DNA of 64,000 nt. Source: an uncultured Bacteroidales bacterium. Lineage in GTDB: Bacteria > Bacteroidota > Bacteroidia > Bacteroidales > GCA-2748055. The notes under the pieces were generated by a model, which saw only the letters and a program-made list of their open reading frames with translations, was not told the DNA's origin and did not search any database. Positions 59,561-64,000 of the stretch are shown here, in pieces (within the stretch, counting starts at the first letter, position 1; every line of letters starts with the position of its first letter). The DNA lies in NCBI GenBank assembly GCA_963771005.1, contig CAVYRO010000003.1, positions 868,657-932,656 of the forward strand, read 5' to 3'. The position numbers and the translations under genes are program-made.

Positions 59561-59915
59561 TTTTCTCTCTGCTTAAGGTTACACTCACTGCTTTCATCTG
59601 GCCGCCAACCGGAGGATTCATTTTCCGGATCGTTACGGTTGCCTTCTCCGTACCTGGCAGTTCGCCGATTATTGCATCCAGGATCCGGCCGGCAATATGT
59701 TCCAGAAGCCTGGATTTCTTTTTCATCTCCCGTTTTACAAGACGGTAAGCCTCCTGGTAGTTCACGGCATCCTGAAGCTCATCGGTCCTGGCGGGTTTAT
59801 CCATGCCGGTTTCGATCTGCAGATCGACAAGGAAACGATTACCCACGATCTGTTCTTCCTCGAAATGACCGTGGAAGGCATAAAATTCCATACTCTCCAG
59901 ATGGATCTGGCCCAT
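59553..59915 (-). CDS. folB: Dihydroneopterin aldolase
   Basis: The sequence is MGQIHLESMEFYAFHGHFEEEQIVGNRFLVDLQIETGMDKPARTDELQDAVNYQEAY.. The start is taken at 59915; the ORF-track start at 60005 adds a non-homologous leader. Confidence 0.85.
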   Translation of the reverse strand: MGQIHLESMEFYAFHGHFEEEQIVGNRFLVDLQIETGMDKPARTDELQDAVNYQEAYRLVKREMKKKSRLLEHIAGRILDAIIGELPGTEKATVTIRKMNPPVGGQMKAVSVTLSREKNE

Positions 59916-60221
59916 GATCAAAGCTTTGTGTGCAAAGATAACGAAAAGATCCGGTGAATTGTTGATCGGGTTTAGGTTGTTTATCTGGTAAAGCGTGGGT
60001 TGCACAATGACCTGGATCTTGTTCTTCCTGAAAGTTAAGGAGCTTTGAAATTTAATTCCATTTTTTAAGTCGTTTTTTTATATAAATCATTCTATTTTTG
60101 CAGAAAAAAAGGGAATGCATGGTTTCAGGGTCTGTTCTCCCGTTTTTTGGCCCTGCTGCCGGTTCTCAAGTCACTGGCTCCCTCCAATCTCATTGAAATA
60201 AGAACATTCACAACTAATAAT

Positions 60222-61922
60222 ATGCAATCAGAAGAAGCCGGATCAGAAAAGAAAGGTTTGAATTTTGTCGAATCCATTGTCGAAGAAGATCTGCAAACGG
60301 GCAGAAACGGCAAAAAAGTACATACCCGTTTCCCGCCCGAGCCCAACGGATACCTTCATATCGGGCATGCAAAAGCCATCTGTATTGATTTCGGAATAGC
60401 AGAGAAGTATGGTGGGATCACTAACCTGCGTTTTGATGATACCAACCCGGAAAAGGAGGATATTGAGTATGTGGATTCGATAAAGGAGGATATCCGATGG
60501 CTGGGGTTTGACTGGGACGACCGTGAATATTATGCATCCGATTATTTCGGGCAGCTCTACGAATGGGCGGTTATGATGATCAAACAGGGAAAAGCCTACG
60601 TGGATGATCAGAGCGCGGAAGACATATCCCTGCAGAAGGGCACACCAACTGTTCCGGGTAAAATCAGTCCGAACAGGGACCGGCCCGTTGAGGAAAGCCT
60701 CAATCTTTTTGAAAGGATGAAAACCGGTGAGTTCGTTGAAGGAACGCACGTGCTCAGGGCCAGGATAGATATGGCTTCCCCGAATATGCACTTACGCGAT
60801 CCCATTATGTACCGGATCATGCGGAAACCCCATCAAAGGACCGGTAACGAATGGTGTATTTACCCGATGTACGACTATGCACACGGACAGAGTGATTACA
60901 TCGAAGGCATAACTCATTCAATATGCACCCTTGAATTTGAGGTTCACCGGCCGCTCTACGACTGGTTTCTCGACCAGGTGACGAAACCGGGTAAGGTAAG
61001 GCCCAGGCAGATTGAATTCGCCCGGCTTAACCTGAGCTATACCATTATGAGCAAGCGCAAACTCCTTGAACTGGTGCAGGAATGCCTGGTAAACGGCTGG
61101 GATGATCCGCGGATGCCCACCATTTCCGGACTGAGACGCAGGGGATACACGCCAGGATCGATCCGGGATTTTGCCGAACGGATAGGGGTGACCAAGGTCG
61201 ATAGTGTCATTGATGTGGGTTTACTGGAGCATTCGGTTCGTGAAGATCTGAACCGGACGGCTGCCAGGGTGATGGCTGTGCTCCACCCGGTTAAGGTGGT
61301 CATCACCAATTACCCTGAAGATATGGAAGAAGAACTTGAAACGGTAAATAATCCGGAGGATGAATCGATGGGCTCCCGGACCATCCCTTTCAGCCGTGAG
61401 ATCTTTATTGAGGAGGATGATTTTATGGAAGATCCTCCCGGTAAATATTTCAGGCTTGCACCAGGACGGGAGGTGAGGTTGAAATCCGCATATATTATAC
61501 GGTGTGAAAAGGCCGTTAAGGATGCGGAGGGTCATATCACGGGGCTCCTGTGTACTTATGATCCTGAAACAAAGAGCGGCGCACCTGCGGCTAATCGCAA
61601 GGTAAAGGGAACGCTCCACTGGGTCTCGGCGCGTCACGCCGTGAAGGCTGAGGTCAGGCTGTATGACCGGCTGTTCCATGACCCGGAACCGGATAATCAT
61701 AAGGATATCGATTTTAAGGAGTTCCTGAATTCCGATTCCCTGGAGATTCTTACAGGATGTTATGTAGAACCGGGATTGAAAAATGCCGAACCTCTTACAC
61801 ATTACCAGTTTCAGCGGCTGGGTTACTTCAATGTCGATCCGGACTCTGTCCCGGGAAAACCGGTTTTCAACCGGACAGTGCCACTGCGGGAAACCTGGAC
61901 AAAGGTGGCAGGGAAGGAGTGA
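60222..61922 (+). CDS. glnS: Glutamine--tRNA ligase
   Basis: The HIGH region is [18 protein letters not shown]. Other matches are [11 protein letters not shown] and a KMSKS-type IMSKRKL. The start is taken at [11 protein letters not shown] (60222). Confidence 0.95.
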   Translation: MQSEEAGSEKKGLNFVESIVEEDLQTGRNGKKVHTRFPPEPNGYLHIGHAKAICIDFGIAEKYGGITNLRFDDTNPEKEDIEYVDSIKEDIRWLGFDWDDREYYASDYFGQLYEWAVMMIKQGKAYVDDQSAEDISLQKGTPTVPGKISPNRDRPVEESLNLFERMKTGEFVEGTHVLRARIDMASPNMHLRDPIMYRIMRKPHQRTGNEWCIYPMYDYAHGQSDYIEGITHSICTLEFEVHRPLYDWFLDQVTKPGKVRPRQIEFARLNLSYTIMSKRKLLELVQECLVNGWDDPRMPTISGLRRRGYTPGSIRDFAERIGVTKVDSVIDVGLLEHSVREDLNRTAARVMAVLHPVKVVITNYPEDMEEELETVNNPEDESMGSRTIPFSREIFIEEDDFMEDPPGKYFRLAPGREVRLKSAYIIRCEKAVKDAEGHITGLLCTYDPETKSGAPAANRKVKGTLHWVSARHAVKAEVRLYDRLFHDPEPDNHKDIDFKEFLNSDSLEILTGCYVEPGLKNAEPLTHYQFQRLGYFNVDPDSVPGKPVFNRTVPLRETWTKVAGKE

Positions 61923-62003
61923 AGATAATATTGAAAAGGAGATATATCTGACGAATGCGAACAGGTTTTACCTCCTTTCATTCTGAACCTAAGGAAAATT
62001 GCT

Positions 62004-62681
62004 TTGATCACACTGGCAGACAGGATCATCACTTTCAACGAAAACCTGGAATTCAGCGCCACACTGCCCCCGGGTGTTGAGGTCATGAATCCGTTCAGGG
62101 ATGCGACGGTGCGGCGGGTATCAGCGGAATTCTACCGTAAGTTTTTTTCAGATAATCATCCGAGACGCCTCATACTCGGCATCAATCCCGGACGTTTCGG
62201 TGCCGGGGTTACGGGTATTCCTTTCACCGACCCGGTTAAACTCCTTGAATACTGTGGTATTGCGAATCCTTTTGCAGCGAAAACGGAGGCTTCGGCCGGA
62301 TTCATCTATGAGATGATCACCGCCCGGGGCGGACCGGAAAAATTTTACCGCGAATTTTTGATCAGCGCTGTAAGCCCGCTGGGTTTCGTCAGGGACGGAC
62401 TGAATCATAATTATTACGACTCCGCAGAGTTACTGCATCTCACCGAACCCTTCATTATTTCGACACTCCGGGAAACCCTTGAATGGAGTATCGACCGGCG
62501 GTTTTGTTTCTGCCTCGGGAACGGCCGCAATTACGATTTTCTGAATAAGCTGAATTCCAGGATGGCCTTTTTCGGGGAGATCGTTCCCCTTCCGCATCCC
62601 CGGTGGGTGGTGCAATACCGGCGGAAAAAAATGCAGGAATTCGTGCGGGTGTACCTGGATGCTTTCGAAAAATACGGTTAG
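62004..62681 (+). CDS. Uracil-DNA glycosylase superfamily protein (DUF4918/SMUG2-like)
   Basis: It has a TTG start. LILGINPGRFGAGVTGIPFTDP resembles the UDG-superfamily motif-1 region of DUF4918 proteins, from memory. Confidence 0.55.
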   Translation: MITLADRIITFNENLEFSATLPPGVEVMNPFRDATVRRVSAEFYRKFFSDNHPRRLILGINPGRFGAGVTGIPFTDPVKLLEYCGIANPFAAKTEASAGFIYEMITARGGPEKFYREFLISAVSPLGFVRDGLNHNYYDSAELLHLTEPFIISTLRETLEWSIDRRFCFCLGNGRNYDFLNKLNSRMAFFGEIVPLPHPRWVVQYRRKKMQEFVRVYLDAFEKYG

Positions 62682-62945
62682 TTTCCGGAATGAACCTGGT
62701 TTTTTCAACGAAGATCCCGCCCCCGGTATTCTCATGTTGTTGGCAGTTCTTTGGCATCCCGATGGGTACCTTTCGCAGCCGGCTGACCGGTGTCCTCCTG
62801 TCTCGACGCTTATTTTTGAACGTAGAGATGATAAGGCTGTATGCCTGACGTTTGCCTGATTCCGTTCTTGCAGACAATCAGCTTTCGAACATTTCGGCTC
62901 GTTATATGTCCTATTTACCCGGTAAGGATCAAAAGATTATCAACC

Positions 62946-63329
62946 ATGAGTACCAACCTGCATCAAAACAGGCAAAATGCAATCGCCTATTACAAGACAG
63001 CCTTTGAGGGAGACCCTAGAAAGGCTGTCGAACTCTATGTCGGGAATGAATATACCCAGCATAATCCGGCGGTGGCTAACGGAACAGAAGCCTTCATTGA
63101 CTATTTTGAACGGATGGCGAGGGAATACCCCGGAAAAACTATCCAATTTGTGCGGTCGGTTGCCGAGGATGATCTTGTTGCGCTTCATACACACCAGGTA
63201 TGGCCCGGCGATGAGGAATATGTCACCATCGATTTTTTCAGGTTCGACGACGACGGCAAGATCGTTGAACATTGGGATGCCGTTCAGAAGATCCCGGGGG
63301 AGTCGGTGAACGGGAATACGATGTATTGA
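62946..63329 (+). CDS. SnoaL-like / NTF2-family protein
   Basis: The sequence is MSTNLHQNRQNAIAYYKTAFEGDPRKAVELYVGNEYTQHNP...FRFDDDGKIVEHWD. The ORF-track start at 62841 is upstream and implausible. Confidence 0.75.
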   Translation: MSTNLHQNRQNAIAYYKTAFEGDPRKAVELYVGNEYTQHNPAVANGTEAFIDYFERMAREYPGKTIQFVRSVAEDDLVALHTHQVWPGDEEYVTIDFFRFDDDGKIVEHWDAVQKIPGESVNGNTMY

Positions 63330-63340
63330 GATCGTTATAG

Positions 63341-63723
63341 AATGGTTTCGGGTTGTTTGAAATGGTTTGAGGATTGTTTGAAATGGTTTGAAATGGTTTG
63401 AGGTGGTTTGAAATGGTTTCAGGGAGTTTAACCACAGATTTCACAGATTATCACAGATTAGGAAGAAGAATATTTTCCAGATTGTTTCAGATTGGTTTGA
63501 GGATTGTTTGAAATGGTTTGAAATGGTTTCAGGTGGTTTCAACTCCATTCACCAAATCACCAGATTCACCAAATTCTTCCGAGATCCATGTTCTTTCCTC
63601 TTCCACTTCACCAAATCACCAGATCACCAAATCACCAAATATTCTTCATCCGTGATTATCCGCACAAATCCGTCAAATCCGTGTTCCTCTTCCTCTTCCT
63701 TTTCCACTTCACCAAATCACCAC
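63341..63723. repeat. Mosaic intergenic repeat element (10-mer runs, C module, two inverted D modules, 8-mer runs)
   Basis: It contains (GGTTTGAAAT)-type runs, GGGAGTTTAACCACAGATTTCACAGATTATCACAGATTA and TTGTTTCAG runs. AACTCCATTCACCAAATCACC follows. ATCCGTGATTATCCGCACAAATCCGTCAAATCCGTGTTCCTCTTCC also occurs at 23690-23735, identical except for one C/T difference in the trailing CTCTTC/TTCTTC. Confidence 0.85.
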
Positions 63724-64000
63724 ATTCATATTATCATCATAATCCGAATTCAGAAAACTTTTTTTCCAAAAAAAAAATCAATGATTTTCGTCATAATTTT
63801 CTTCTGTTCTTTGACTTTTTTTCGCTATGCCCGTATATAAACAAAGCATACATCAGAAAAACAACCGGTATTGTGAGTTAATATGTTGATTTAAAGGATA
63901 TATGCAGATAAGGTTGTCCGGTGAAATAAACTGTGTATATGATACAATATCTGAGACGCGCCATACTTTTTCTTACTACAGTTTGTATTCCGGTCGGTAC

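Noticed and set aside
1-64000. tRNA, rRNA, tmRNA, riboswitch or mobile-element genes (transposase, integrase, phage).
   Set aside because: I found no GGTTCGAATCC-type T-arm contexts, no rRNA-like segments, no SAM or THF riboswitch-like leaders upstream of the Met or folate genes, and no ORF with transposase or integrase motifs. Absence judged by eye is weak evidence and should be confirmed with tRNAscan-SE, Infernal and ISfinder.

Overview
This is a Bacteroidota-type chromosomal segment of about 55 genes, with no rRNA, tRNA, CRISPR array, transposase, integrase or phage genes recognised by eye. The taxonomic call rests on a tandem SusC-SusD-SusC nutrient-uptake locus at the left edge, many lipoprotein signal peptides and an Oxidoreduct_C-type protein. 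The gene content is ordinary accessory and housekeeping metabolism: two two-component systems; glycan enzymes (GH13 amylase, GH30, GH43-NPCBM, sulfatase); peptidases (S15, M20, S8); glnS and folB; three DHFR-like RibD_C paralogs; and an AraC-YceI-YgiD cluster.

Two things stand out. (1) Roughly 8-9 percent of the window is non-coding DNA built from a dispersed, modular family of short tandem repeats: 8-bp TCAACAAA/TCACCAAA runs, 10-bp GGTTTGAAAT/GTTGTTTCAG/CACAGATTNT runs, and a GGAAC(A/G)CGGATTTGACGG module found in both orientations. These fill most intergenic gaps. At several loci they are amplified into higher-order arrays with 58-, 110-, 114/122-, 153- and 252-bp periods, many copies being identical. 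I regard this repeat system as the most interesting signal. (2) At least 16 genes are split by about 19 single-nucleotide frameshifts, with good homology continuing in the new frame on the far side of each break. That pattern points to indel errors in a long-read assembly rather than real gene decay, but it needs checking against reads.

All calls come from reading the sequence and the ORF track; no searches were run.
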